Positions 39,935-53,621 of a DNA stretch of 64,000 nucleotides are shown here, piece after piece. Numbering within the stretch: position 1 is the stretch's first letter; each line of letters opens with the position of its first letter. Under the pieces are notes generated by a model. That model was not told the origin of the DNA, made no database searches, and worked only from the letters and a program-made list of their open reading frames with translations. The translations under genes were made by a program, and so were the position numbers. The stretch lies in NCBI RefSeq assembly GCF_000004825.1, contig NW_008805068.1, positions 1,925,471 through 1,989,470 on the forward strand, given 5' to 3'. This DNA comes from Heterostelium pallidum (lineage: Eukaryota).

Positions 39935-42900
39935 TTAAATATTTGGTATCAACTTTGATAAAGTAGATAAGAATAGGGGAACTAGTTTGTTGTGTAATCG
40001 TTTTTGATTATTTGATTTAAAACAGAGTGTCATGAGGAGTGTTTTCTCATTGATCAAGATCTCCAGTAGAAACAACGGACCATTTTCAATCTCTTGAGCA
40101 TAGTAATACAATTTGGTTACACCTGCAACACTACCGAATGCCAAACACATAATTCCTTTGCTAGTCAGTAGTTTCTCCATTTCATTTGTATCTATTAGTT
40201 TCTCTAATTGTATATCGAATCTATGACTATATACATATAGTTATATAAAGAATATCATTAATATTTACAACTAATAATAAATAATAAACATAATTAACTG
40301 TTTGTTGTAATTTTTTAAATTTACTTACCCTTCTTCAAAGTTTAACCAATTCTCTTGGAAATCCTCTGGTTGTATCTCTGTTTGTGATTCCAATGTAAAG
40401 TTATCAACTATTTGTTGTGATGATGTTTCGAATTCAAGTAAAAGATCTGGTGTTTGTGATTGCTGTGGTTGTTGTGATTGATGTTTCATTGTTGGTGATG
40501 ATGGAATTGAAGTCGATAGTGGTGATAATATAAGTGCTACAGATGTTGGTGGTTTGATATAAGAAGATGATGGTTTACCATAGATAATAGATAGAGTATT
40601 GAATTCATCGAATATCTTATCCTAATTATAATTTAAACAAAAGATTAGACAATAATAATAATATTATTATTAAAGAATTGCTATAACTTACTCTATATTC
40701 TAAAATTTCATCTTCTACAAATATACTGCTTTCATTCTTGTCGATCTTGGTATTGATTATCTTTGTTGCTTTGTCAATATCGTATAATAAAAGTCTGTAG
40801 TAGTAAAGACATTGATCTCTTAGTGCTGGATCGCAATCTATCGATGAGCAAGCTTTGAACAGTCTGAGTAGAATAGGATAGATCTCACCACTTGTTTTTT
40901 GATTGGCAAAGAGACGAGTACAAGTAGTAAGTAGCTGTATCTTTACATTGGTGGCGAGTGATGATTTGAATTTGTTGGGTGTCGTTGAATGATCATCCAA
41001 GAATTTCTCTATAATATATACAATGTTGGTATTACCATCACCACTATTGATGTTACCATGATAACGACTATCATCTTGATACTCTGCAAGCATCCAAAGC
41101 AACGATTCAATAGCATCGGAATCGTTTAGAACCAAAAGCTTGTCGGTAACAAGCGGTAATACCTTGGCAGCCGACTCTGGATAGACACGAAGATAGTCTT
41201 TCAAAGCAACCACACAAAAAGCAACAACCGTATCCAACCGATCGGAATAAAGAAACTCTAACAACACATCCAATACACTCTCTGACTTTTCCTCCAACGA
41301 ACAACCAATTGATACAATTGTATCTATAACTTCTTTTAAGAATGATATATCATTATTATTATTATTACTATTATCTACTATTGTAGAAGAATCATTATTA
41401 TTATTATTACTACTATTATTATTATTGTTATTGCTATTATAATTATAAGTATATACATATTCACTCAATTCAGAGAGAATATCATTTACAGTGGTATGAT
41501 TTACGAGATCTTTTAGTATTTTAACTTTCAACGATTTGATGTAGAGTGGATCTTTGTTTAGACAATAGAAGTAACGATAGTCTGGTTGAAACAATGTCGG
41601 TGCTCTACTGATGATCAAGTAGATATGTGATAGCACTGCATAGCTGATTTCATAAGAGTCAAACGTACTGCATTCCATCAATGTAATCAAAGGATCTTTC
41701 AATCTACCAAACACTTGTTCATGTATATTACTATCATTCTCTGTTATCTTTAAGAACAGCTTTACAATCGATAATACCAATGAACTATTTGAATATTTTA
41801 ACTTGTCATCAAAGAAGTTCTACAACATTTATTCAAAAGCAAAGACAACAACATTAGTAAATATATTCGATATTTTAATATTAGTTAAAACACCATGTTT
41901 ACTTACAAGAAAATCATATATTTCATCTTCATTAATAAGATTATAACGTTGAATTGTATTTACTATTGCGGTCTGACCCCATTCGTTTGCCTCTTTGAAC
42001 TTTGCCATTAGATGTCTTGTGACCTGTTGTGATACCTGCCAGTTTGGACGAATCTCATCGAGTGTGTATAGAGTATTGACTATTACCTGTGGGTCTTGAT
42101 CCATTATCATACCATAGACCTTTGGTATCAAATCGCCAAAAGTAGAGTCTCTCTGGTCTTCGGGTGTCACATGATACAGCTTCGCAAGACCGATCAAACC
42201 AGTCTTTCTAACATATGCAGAGGGATCACCAAGTGATTTCATAACACATTTAAATGAATATTCAAATGTTGTTTGTGAACTATAAAGTTAAACGAAATTG
42301 TTGTTTTCATTAGTCAATATTTTTGTTTGTTTGTTTGTTTATTAAATGTTTAACAATATACTTAAACTTACTCAAATGAACATAAACTTCTTAATGCTAA
42401 ACCTCTAACCATTGGATTTGAATCTTGAAAGTCAAGCTTTATTAAAAGTAATAAGTAAATTTAGAATGTAATTGAATAAAGTTAAATAAACATTCAGTAC
42501 TTACACATAATGTATTTATTACTAAGAGTAATAGTGAGTCGTTGTCACCGTGTACTGCATAGTGACATATGTAGAGGTATACTAATTTCTTGATGATTAG
42601 ATCGGTTGTGTTGACAACCATGATGATATCGGGGAACAACGGAGAGACATCGATACCCATTGTCATATAATATATAATACGTTGTAATGAAGATCTTATC
42701 TTCTCTCCATCTCTTTCATTCGATGCATTCTTTAGTAGATATCTTAACTCTGCAATCTCTCCTTTCTTCAAATCTGAAAAGTAATTATTGTTGTTTTGAT
42801 TATTTTGATTGTTTGATTCTGCTGCTGATGCTGATCCTATTTGTCTATTATTATTATTATTAGGAGAAGTATTTGTAGTGGTTCTACCACTTATATCTAT

Positions 42901-42954
42901 TCTTACACCTCCACTATTATCTCTATATGGTTGATAAGGTGTATTGTTTGACAT
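39935..42954 (-). CDS. Adaptor-protein complex beta-type large subunit (divergent beta-adaptin, AP-3/AP-4 beta-like). Six exons.
   Basis: The N-terminus FSDLKKGEIAELRYLLKN..IYYMTMGIDVSPLFPDII..KKLVYLYI matches the beta-adaptin start (KKGEIFELKAELN..MTVGKDVSSLFPDVV..KKLVYLYL). Later matches are DPSAYVRKTGLIGLAKLY, EWGQTAIVNTIQRY and the trunk. Exons 42954-42505, 42436-42372, 42279-41907, 41819-40692, 40621-40329, 40226-39935. The last acceptor could alternatively be 6 nt downstream. Confidence 0.7.
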
Positions 42955-43516
42955 TTACACCTGTTGTTGTTGTTATTGCTGTTATTGTTATTGTACCAAC
43001 AACATAAATATCAAATTTTTTATAAACAAAAAGCACAATTTAACAATTTACTAAATTTATTTCTGTTTTTCAAGAGAATAAATCAGTTCAAATGAATGGT
43101 TATCATTATGAAGAATATTTGTAAAAGTAGTTGCTATGCTATTCTCCAACCAGCAAAGTGACTAATAGAAATATGATAAATCTACATCACCACCAAATAA
43201 GCCACTATTCATGGAGTTACAAAGATAGCCACCTGGATAATCTGATGGAAGGGAATTGATATAAATAGTGAACTAAAATATTAATAACAACAACAACTCA
43301 TATTCATCTATTAAATCAACTAATTATTACATATAAATAATTACATCTAATACTTGTTCTTCTAATTAAATTATACTCTTTATTAATTTTACAATTATAT
43401 TATAATAAACTTATCTTAATTTATATATTCACATTGCTCTGCATAATTATCTCTTCATCTAGAACCTATCAACGTAAGTGTTATATACTCAATATCTCTA
43501 TATATATATATATATA

Positions 43517-43756
43517 TAATACGATAGTAGCACCAATATTAAAATATATTCTTATCGGTAACAAGAGACAACACCTTGGCGGCTGACTCTGAATCATTAA
43601 AAGCAATCATCTTTCATTCGATGCATTCTTTAGTAGATATCTTAACTCTGTAATCTCTCATTTCTTCAAATCTGAAAAGTAATTACTATTGTTTTTAATT
43701 ATTTTTATTGTAGTTCTACCACTAATATATAGGTGTATTGTTTGACACTAACACTG
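43517..43756 (-). pseudogene. Degenerate, internally deleted partial copy of the beta-adaptin 5' coding region, fused to an exon-4 fragment. Lies about 560 bp upstream of the parent gene in the same orientation.
   Basis: 43611-43756 aligns to 42711-42960 (ctttcattcgatgcattctttagtagatatcttaactctg..., ..aggtgtattgtttgaca) with two internal deletions and ATG mutated to GTG. 43551-43600 aligns to 41139-41190 (cttatcggtaacaag..ccttggcggctgactctg versus cttgtcggtaacaag..ccttggcagccgactctg). Confidence 0.7.
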
Positions 43757-43866
43757 TAGATATTCTTATTTTATCAACAATAAATAATAAATAAAATACA
43801 GACAAAATGATATCTAAGAAAGGTTGATCTATTTGAAATGTCTAATTTATTTTATTAACTTTATTT

Positions 43867-43893
<27 letters not shown>

Positions 43894-43897
<4 letters not shown>

Positions 43898-45652
43898 TCT
43901 CCAAGGTTGGCGTGATATTCCTGTTGATCTGGAGAAAAGGTAGAGTTTGCTGGAGGAGTAGTATCCATTGGCTCCGCAGTTGCTGGAGAGGAGTAGTAAT
44001 TATAGTGAGCGTCGGATGCCTGAGTTTGGTATAGTTGAGTGCTATGGATATCATCACAGAAGAACTGAGGATCAAGAACTTGGTTACACTCGTCGAAGAA
44101 GGAGGTTTGAGCATTTAATGTTCTTTGGTTATTTGTTGTTGTGGTTGTTGTTGTGGTTGTTGTTGTGGTTGTTGTTGATGATGTTATTGTATCAGCAGGA
44201 GCTGGGGTTGTTGGTCTGGTTCGGCATTGAGGGCAGTGGATAATCGATTGGTCAGGGACTCCCTCACCAAGAGGGAAACCGTTACCATCATGATAACCGA
44301 GACGGGGTAACTTAAATTTGATATCATGAGTTTGATAGACATATCCAGAGAAGACTGGAATAAAAGAAAATTGTGGCGTTATACCCAACATTTGATCTTG
44401 TTCTATGTTTGTTGAATATCTACATTTCCGACAAGTTATTTTCACTTCCATTGCTGTGCTGTTACTATCTCCCGTCTTGAAACGATCGCCATACGTCTTT
44501 AGAACTACAGTATTTTGTAGAAGAAGACCTAGTAAATGAAGCCTCTTTGAAAGAAGATCGTTCACTCTCTCTAAAAAGTTGTCAAATTCTGCTATTTGTT
44601 TCAAATTCAGAGAGAAATTGGTCGGATTGCATCTTTCCAATTTTCGTTCGAGTCTTTGGAAATACTTTTTCTCTTCTGTATACGGATCTTGAACTCGCTC
44701 TTGGTTTTTCTGTTTCTTTGGTGTAATGTGGTTCAAGAAGTAATGGCAAAATTCACACCATCCCTCCATCTGATGATATTGATTTCGATCTGGTTGGTGA
44801 CAGATGGGTTTAATATATATGACTTTTGGATTCAGTAAATCAATAGTGTTGTTTATGATTCTGTGACCTCCACTGACTATGCTGCCACAAGCAGACTTCT
44901 CCAGTGTTTCAGAATTGATTTCATATGCAGAAATCGTAAAATTAAAGGTGCCGGTGGTAAGCCCTTTGACTAAGGAATGAATCAAGGTGATGGTATGCTG
45001 ACGGGGGCCATTGTATTGAAAATCGAAACTTTCATTGGATATCTTGATACCACAGTCTAAAGCTAAATTACCTCTAATAGCCTTTCCTTCCGGCAAGTCA
45101 CTGACAATGAATAGAAAAGCAACCTTTCCATTGGGGATTAGTTTCAATCCTTGGGTGATCACCTTGAGGGTTGCATTGGAGGGAAACTTGACTACATCAT
45201 TGACAGATTGGAATGTTGTCGGTGTTGTTGGTGTTGTTGGTGTTGTTGGTGTTGTTATTGTTGTTGTTGGTGTTGTTGGTGTTGTCGGTGAAGCTTCAGT
45301 CTTTTGAGATTTGTTGGGCTCAGGTTCTTTGTCTGTTTCTTGCTTTCTCTTACCAGGAGGAAATGGAGGTGTAACTTCAGTCATTTCATTATAATACAAT
45401 TGATTTGAAGTATTGGAGTGATCTTCATTCTGTTGACTTGTTGAAGTGTCATTATTAATATAACACAATTGATTATTATCAAAATTTGAAGTTTGGTTTG
45501 GATCAGGCTGCGATGATTGTGAAGGGGCTACCGGCAAACAGTTAATAGGTTCGGAATTCGAAAGATCGTATTGGTGACCATCACGTTGTTTGAATCTATC
45601 AAATTGAAATTGATTATTAGCATCAGAGGTGGAATCTATTTCATTGATGCTA

Positions 45653-45699
<47 letters not shown>

Positions 45700-45888
45700 A
45701 CCATCAGAGGTGGAATTTATTTCATTGATATTATCATTATTAACACTAATACCAACAAAGGCAGAATCTATTCCATTGTTGTTATCGAGGTGGTTGATAT
45801 CATTATTGACACTATTACCACCATCAACGTCGCTCTGTGGTTGATTCAGGAGTTTTTGAAACTCGAAGGCTTCGTCAATTTGAGACAT
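43894..45888 (-). CDS. Hypothetical protein of about 664 aa with N/T-rich tracts, a Cys/His cluster and two CxxC pairs (zinc-ribbon-like). Function unknown.
   Basis: Long single minus-strand ORF. First ATG at 45888 (MSQIDEAFEF...); the ORF-track start at 45915 is TTG. Cys/His motifs: KPICHQPDRNQYHQMEGWCEFCHYF, ITCRKCRYS and IIHCPQCRTRP. Contains (AAT)n-encoded poly-N and a PTT(TPTT)n repeat. Confidence 0.55.
45652..45697. repeat. (ATT)n microsatellite encoding poly-N in the minus-strand ORF.
   Basis: Direct reading. Confidence 0.9.
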
Positions 45889-46669
45889 AGTCTGATGTGC
45901 CTCGTTCGTTGTCAAAAGAAAAAAAGGTTTTAAAAATATATATATATTAAAATCTATATCTATATAATTATTTATTTATATTAAAGAAATAAATTATGTA
46001 TGATAAGCAATGTGAAGAATTGAACATATCTATTAATATTAAGAAAAAACTTAAAATTATCGATTTTTTGATGGGGGTTGTGCTACCACTCACCAAAAAT
46101 GATAAATGGATCATCAAATGGATTTTTTTTATTTTTTAACAAGCAAAGTTTTTTTCCATTTCCGAGTCGGCACGATAAAACAGCCTTTAGTCACCTGTTT
46201 TCTTTGATTAGTTATAAAATTGAATTTATTTAAAATTGAAAATGGGTTTTTGGATAGATATTTGTTGAAATTTGGATTGATTTTGAAATGATACTTACAC
46301 CCAATCAGATATTTCTCTGATTTTAGAGATTTTTGACGATTTGAAAAAGCTCAAAACTTTTTAATGCTTGTTCAAGTTCAATATTTAAAGTCTCGATGAA
46401 ACATAACCAATAGGAAGCAGAATTAATACCTTTGAATGGTGCTATCAAATTCATACCTCGTTCATAATTATACTAACTTTTTTCATATGAAACTTTTTTC
46501 TAATATTAACATAATATTTATAATAATATAATTGATTTTTTTTTATTTTTTTTTTGCTTTTTAATGATTAATTTTAAACTAGTTTGTAAGATATTAGATA
46601 TTCGAATGACTCGAGTATCGGATAAATAGAAAACGGGTTGGGTGAGAACGGTCCACGATGAATATAATC

Positions 46670-46890
46670 TCCAAATTAAACTATCATGGTATCTTTATAA
46701 ATAAAATAAGTTATACATACAGGTGATTGAGAATAAAGTATGTGTAGAGAATATTGATGAGTATATTGTTTATATCATAGATATCTTCTACCACCATGAA
46801 ATCATCCAGAGTTCAAGTGTCTGAATAATATTCTAAAGTTCCTTTCTAATATTTATATCTTTATCTGATTGATATAGTTTCTAATAAAAA
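46670..46890 (-). pseudogene. Degenerate partial copy of P4-ATPase fragments (intron 5/exon 5 junction region plus the exon 3 5' end). Lies about 400 bp downstream of the parent gene.
   Basis: 46741-46790 (gtgtagagaatattgatgagtatattgtttatatcatagatatct) matches 47990-48040 (gtatagagaatgttgatgaggatattgttgatttcatcgatgtag). 46690-46730 (tttataaataaaataagttatacatacaggtgatt) matches 47868-47912. 46854-46888 (tctttatctgattgatatagtttctaataa) matches 50631-50660 (tctttatctgattgataacgtttctaataa). Confidence 0.6.
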
Positions 46891-47256
46891 ATAATAAAAA
46901 AAATATCAAATCTACTGATCGATTACTCTAACTACCTAATCTTAAATATCCTTCTCTAGAATAATTGATATCTAGGTATTACAAGTTTAAATGATGACTA
47001 TAAAGACTAGTTGTTTTGAAAGTTTGTAAACTATTATATCAATTGGTAATCAACTAAATTTTTAATTAAAAATTCAATTTTTTAACAAATAACCTAAAAG
47101 TTAAAGTTTTTTTAGATATTTTACAAAGTTGTATTGGGTGTCTATGAAAACTTATTTGTTGAAAAAAGTCAATCAAGAGTTCTACTCATATGATACAGGT
47201 AATGATGTGGGTGTAAATGATCATCAAATCACCTTTTATATTTTATTTATTTATTT

Positions 47257-50200
47257 TAATTGTTTCTTTTTTTCTTTTCTCATTAATTCTTGAGCGATAT
47301 GAAGTGGTTGTGGTAGATAGTTTCTCTTTACACTGTTGCAATTAATACAGAAAAATAGAACAATAGTTGTTAGTGGGTTGTTTGATAGATATTTAAAAAG
47401 ATTCGAAAAATCATGATTAACTTACAAAATAGTGAAATATACTGGTAAAAGACAAATAACTACGGTAACAATCACCGCTAAATAGAAAGCTGGCTGTGTG
47501 AGAAGGTTTACGAAAACCATATAGTAGTAGAGGTTACCAAACATCGATGCGAGGAAACTGTATGCTATTTGGAAGACAAAAAAGAATGCAATCGAGACCC
47601 AAGTAGCCCAGTGTTGAACACGATTCCAAGAGTTGACAGTCAATATCAACATCAGTTGAATCATCAATGTCAAAGCAAACAAAGATGCTGCCGCCTGTGA
47701 CCACAATCCACCTATCTTTCCATTGGATCCTGTCGGTCCATCATCGAAAACACTGGACATCACATAATATATTACAACGGAGCAATAGATTCCATGTAAT
47801 ATCCATGTTGAAAATATTTTCCAATTAAACTATTTTAAATTAATATTATTGTTATTTAAGAAATTCTTTATAAATAAAATAAACTATATTTAACTATACA
47901 TACATTATCACCTTTTTGAGTTTCTTTAAATAGAATTGGATATTTCTTTAAGAATTTCGGGTGGATATCTCTGTCGGTGACTGCATAAACAATGATTGGG
48001 AATGAAGTATAGAGAATGTTGATGAGGATATTGTTGATTTCATCGATGTAGGTCTGTCCTGAGAATTGTGTGTCAATGTTGAACCAGAGTTGCAGTAAAA
48101 CGGTGGCTATATTCTTCCAGAAGGAGAAACAAAGCAGTGTTGACAGACGTTTGAAGTTATAACGACCGTGCACCAGAAGTAGACGTTCGAGGAAGCAGAA
48201 CTGTGAGATTGCATAGTCCGATGCGAGTACTGCTTGTCTACCTTCGAATCCACTGATACCGATACCGACATGAGCAATCTGTATCATACTGACATCGTTT
48301 GCACCGTCACCAATAGCGAGAGTAACACTGCTAGTTCTATCCTTGACGATACGTACTACCTCACTCTTTTGGAACGGTGTAACACGGCAACATACAACGG
48401 AATTGACATTTTTAGACAGCCGGTAGAATGCATCCTCCACCTCTTTATCCTGGAACATAAACACCATTGTTGGACCATCGATAACAATAGCGTTTTTCTT
48501 CTCAACATTGCTGTTCTCATCGGCACCAACGCCAACACTTTCCAATTCCTGGAGATATTGGTTAATTTTAGCAAGAAGTAGATCCTTGTTGTTTTCATTA
48601 AGAATCATGAGGTCTTTGGAATCCAGTAGATTACAAGATATTCCAATGTTGATGGCAGTCTCTTGTTTGTCACCGGTCAACATCCAAATCTTGATTCCAG
48701 CTTTCGAGAGTGTTTTAATTGTCTCTGGAACGTGTTCTTGTAGTCTATCTTCAATTCCAACGACACCAAGGAAATGCCAACTCTTCTCAATCTCCAGAGA
48801 TACCTCTGAGATTCTTTGACTACGATTGTTAAGTAAGAGATTGGCTTCTTTCATTCGTTGTGACCATGGACCGTACTCCTCAGCGGTAACAATTCTCTTG
48901 GCAACGCAAAGAGTTCTCAAACCCTGACAGGAGAACGAGTGGAGATTATCTTGATTCAGCTTCACCATTGGCATGCTGGAATCGGGTGCCAACTGCGATA
49001 GAATAGCAGAGTCGGCACCTTTGCAATAGAGAATGATATCATCGGTATTATAGTTCTTTACAATAACAGACATTCTCTTTCTATCACTTGAAAACTCTAG
49101 AACATTCAACAACTTGTACTCTCTTTCCTCACCCAATACACTGATACCCAAATGAGCAGGTGTTCTAGTATGAAATTTAACACCTGCACTTGAAGCTTCC
49201 TTTACCAATGCAATTTCATCTGGTGAAGATGATGAATATTTAACTAATAACAATACTATTAATATCTATTTCTTATCTGACTTTTAATATTATTAGTTTA
49301 TACATACTTTTACCTTGATCATCAACAGATTCTGGAATTACAGTATGGCAAATAGCAAGACCTAAAAAGAAATCTAAACTATCTGGATCATTTAAATCAA
49401 TCTTTGGAACTATTGTTTGTTCATTTGAACTAACTGGTGCTTTTGATTTTGAAAGATCTGTCATTCCAATTGAATTACTACTCATCTATAATTTAAATAT
49501 TATTGAAATATATAAAGTTAGTTAGTCAATGAATATATATTCAACTTTTATACATATAATAAATATTACATACAAGTTTATCATTACCAAAATCTTCTTC
49601 TTCTTCATTTTTGAAACTTGTTGAAATTAAATTTGTATTAATATGATCATGATTTGTTGTTGGTTTTGAAGAAGTGGAACTAATTTCTAATGATTGATGA
49701 TCTCCTTCGCTTGGTCCGTAGATTACACCATTGACACTGCAACGTTTGAATTCCATTTGATTTCTGGTAAGTGTTCCTGTCTTGTCAGAGAAGATATACT
49801 CAACTTGACCTAACTCTTCGTTGAGATTGGATGTTCTGGCTTTTGCAAATGTCTTTGTTTCCTCGTGATACATATGCTTGTCTTTGTTGATCGATACCAA
49901 CTGGAGTACACGTGCCAACTCCAAAGAAACATACAACGAGAATGGAGCGATAGTTGCAAACAGTACAACATACGTAAAGAATCCTTTGAGTGTCTCCAGC
50001 GAGTAGTTGGTACTGAGATCCAGATACCACTGACCGGCACCTCTCTCCTTCTGATAATAAGTGAAACCAAGCAGTGAACATAGCAAACATAAGATAAACT
50101 CAATGGTGAATGCGAATATCAAGATGTAATTTACGGTGGAATCCATTCTGCTACGCTTCGACGGTGTCTCCTTGGTGTTCAACATGTATTTGGTTTGATG

Positions 50201-51282
50201 GCCGGTGTATGTCACCACGCCATAGATCACCTTGGTATTCATGAGAACGGTTCCACGAATTAGCAATTGATCGAGACTCAAGGAATAAGGTTGGTTATTG
50301 ATGGACATCCGACCGTTGAACGAAGTCAGACTGACTGAGGGTGCTTCATACTCTAGGATTGCACGGAAATTTGAGAAATCTACAGAGTTTTGCAAGTGGT
50401 TGGTCTCCATGAGTGATTGTTTTGACTTTAGACTGGTTTCACCATCGAGATTCGAAGTCTCTATGAAGCACATGCCTGGCGACATCTCACCGCTACTCGA
50501 AAGCAGCACTAAATCCGCTGGGAATTGCTCGGCATTTCTAACGACCACAATATCTCCAACCATCAAATTCATCCATAGCTCTTGTGTTTCAACACCTTTT
50601 CTAATGACATTTGCTTTTCTATTATTTATTTCTTTATCTGATTGATAACGTTTCTAATAACAATCAAATATAATAGTTAGATTCAATTCAATTCCAATAT
50701 TTATTTTGTATTCAGAATCAAATCAATTGATTGTGATTGATTGATTGATTGATTGATGAACTATACTTACGAAATCTTCATAGGCTTCTTTAGCAGCATT
50801 GATACCAATTACCAAGACCAAACCAAATATACTTCCACCAGGTTTATTTGGTGATACATCTGTAAATGAAATGATAACTATAAAGAGGAAATAGAAATTG
50901 GCTATTCTGGTAAACTATGTTTTTTGAGATATATAAATTGGTTAATTGTCAATTTAATAATAAAAAAAATGATCACTTTGCGAATTAAAATTTTTGGCCA
51001 CTTAAAAACTTTAAGTTTTTATATATCTCGATGGTCGATGCATTACAATGATCAGGTTATAGGGTGCATATTGGTGTGTGTTTGTGTGTGTTGTGTAATT
51101 AATGAATGAACACTTACTTGTTGAAAAAGGTTTTTAGGTAAAAAAGTCAATAGAGTATATTTAGAAGTAGCGATATAGTTATTGACATAAGGGCTCTTGG
51201 TTGGTGGTTGTTCTTCATCGATGATAACTCTTCTTTCTCTAGTATCAGGCTTTTTACTGAATAACTTTTTAATTTTATCCAT
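47257..51282 (-). CDS. Phospholipid-transporting P4-type ATPase (flippase). Seven exons.
   Basis: N-terminus TSKYTLLTFLPKNLFQQ|FTRIANFYFL. Also DKTGTLTRNQMEF, TGDKQETAINIG and GDGANDVSMIQ.AHVGIGISG. Exons on the minus strand: 51282-51118, 50914-50771, 50653-49574, 49485-49314, 49243-47904, 47829-47426, 47332-47257. Phases are consistent. The exon-5 donor GTATGT at 47903 was chosen over GTGATA at 47911 to preserve frame. Confidence 0.8.
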
Positions 51283-52734
51283 ATTTAACCAAAAACTAGC
51301 TTATAGTACTGTTGTTGTTGTTTTAGTATACTATTTTTGTTTTTGTACTATATAAAAAGTGCTATTACTAATCTGTCTGTGTCTGTGTTGTGATAATAAT
51401 ATTAAAATACTGTTACAAAAAAGAAAATTACAATAATAATAATACAATATAAATTAAAATACATATAAAATAGATTTATGATTTTGTTTGACAACGTAGG
51501 TGTGTCAAAACTACTTGACTCTGATTGATTTACAGACTGAGACAAACAAGACAACTAAACTCCTATCCTATCAAGTTCCATCATTAACAACAACAAAGGA
51601 GTGTTTATTCCTCTTTTGCAAATGGTCATCTGAGGTATTCAACGTAATCTCAAATACTAAATCTCTTGAAAATGAACACCATTGGTATTTTCCTATGAAC
51701 GTTTAAAAAGTATTTGCATTCTATAATCATCATCAACTGTGTGTGTTTGGTGGTGGTGGTTTGTTTCGATAATTATAAATAAATAATTTGATTGAGAGGT
51801 GTTGTTTGTTTTTTTTGTTTTCATTTTTCGTTGTTCCTTTACTTAAAAAACACTCATACACCACCCATACAAAACAAACTCTTTTTTTCACCTGAGTACT
51901 TGATCAGAGGTTTGGTTGAGAATTTCATCTCGATTGTTGGGTGATTATATTTTTACCATATATATATTGTGAAAATATAAAAATAAATCTCAATTCCAAA
52001 AAAAAAAAAAAAATTCAAAAAAAAACATGTCAAAATCCCTCTTATGATTTATCAAAATAGATAGTTTTTTTTTAGAATTTTAAAAATAAATATTTTAATT
52101 TACCATCAAAAACTGTTTGCTTTTTGGTGGACAACACAGTTTATTTATAATTCTACACAATGGTTTTCTCCTTTCTTATTGATTCTTTTTTTTTTTTTTT
52201 TGCTTTCTGATTTCGGACACGCACGGTTTTTTAGCAAATCAACAAAACAGATATTTTTAGTTTCATCGACCAATCACATACTTATTTTCGTTGTTAACAA
52301 TCACTCGCATTATCATAATTAAAAATATTTATTACCAAAAGAATAGTTTCAAAATAATTGTCATTGCCTCAGATTGGTAATTGTTTTACATCATTATCAT
52401 CTAGTTTGTTTAGCTATTACATGTACTCTATTTCAACAAGTAATTTACACATCATAGCATATTCATATGAAATCATCTTTGAAAAACATTGTTTAAAGAT
52501 ACATAGTCTTTCTTTTTTTTTTTTATTGTTAATAGTTAATAGTAATAATACCTTTATCACTATTGTAATCAACTGATTTGTGTTATTTTTCTTTGTTGTG
52601 TTTAATATAGAGTTTTCGCAATGCTCCAATGGTATTACAACAAAGATGAAGGGGGAATAGGGTTGTTAATCAATCAATCAATTGATTGACTAGTTGATTG
52701 TTTAAATGATTAGATGATTAAAGAATATAGTTGA

Positions 52735-53621
52735 TTATTTGATTTTCTTCATTTCGTAAATGAAATAACCAAAGAATTCACCGATTGTAGTAACTTTGAT
52801 TTCATCCCAGTTCTCACGTGTTATATATTGACGACGGAAATGAGGCTGGCCAAATGAAATATAGATAAAGACACCACCGACCTTCAATATACGAACTACT
52901 TCATCTACTTCTTGCTTTACGTCCGACAAAACATTCTCTGCTGGACTCCACACATCTGCACCACTAAAAAACGTATCCATAGTGGCCTTATCCAAAACTA
53001 CATCGAACGATTCATTTTCAAATGCTTTCATATCTCTAATATCCATTTCTAACCCTGTATACGATGTATTAATAATAAATAACCATGTTCTTTTATATCA
53101 ATCTAAAAACAAACAATCTATCTTTCTATCTATATCCTATTTACATTTCATATTAACTTTATCTTTTGATTTCTCAGACATTGATTTAATTACATTGGAA
53201 GAGTAATCTACATTTGTTATGTGATGATAGCCGTCGTCGTACATGTCATCGCCAAGTGTACTGTTTCCACATCCCAACATCAGAATCGACATATTCTTGT
53301 CGGGAATGACTTTACTGAAGTAAGGCTGTAGATCCTTGTATGTTTTTAACCAATCATATGTAGTATCAGACTCTCTGATGATTGATTTGATCAAATAGTC
53401 AATAAATATTAATATTTATAAAATAAACAAAAAAAAGAGAGAAAGAAAGCTTAAAAGCTAGATAGATTTTAGAGAAAAAGCTATTATAATATTTATTTAT
53501 AAAGATCTTTTTTTCGTTATGTTGTGAGATGTATATTCAAATATTACTTTTGGTAACGCTCCTCCCAATATTCATGTGTTCTATATACTCGTACATCTTT
53601 TGGTACGTCTTTAGATGACAT
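52735..53621 (-). CDS. Class I SAM-dependent methyltransferase of the EEF1AKMT4/ECE2-MT type. Exons 53621-53548, 53374-53145 and 53054-52735.
   Basis: YWEERYQK|ESDTTYDW..ILMLGCGNSTLGDDMYDDGYHHITNVDYS (motif I). Then ..K|WLEMDIRDMKAFENESFDVVLDKATMDT and GGVFIYISFGQPHFR, matching the human ECE2 MT domain ([47 protein letters not shown]..PHFR). Confidence 0.7.
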
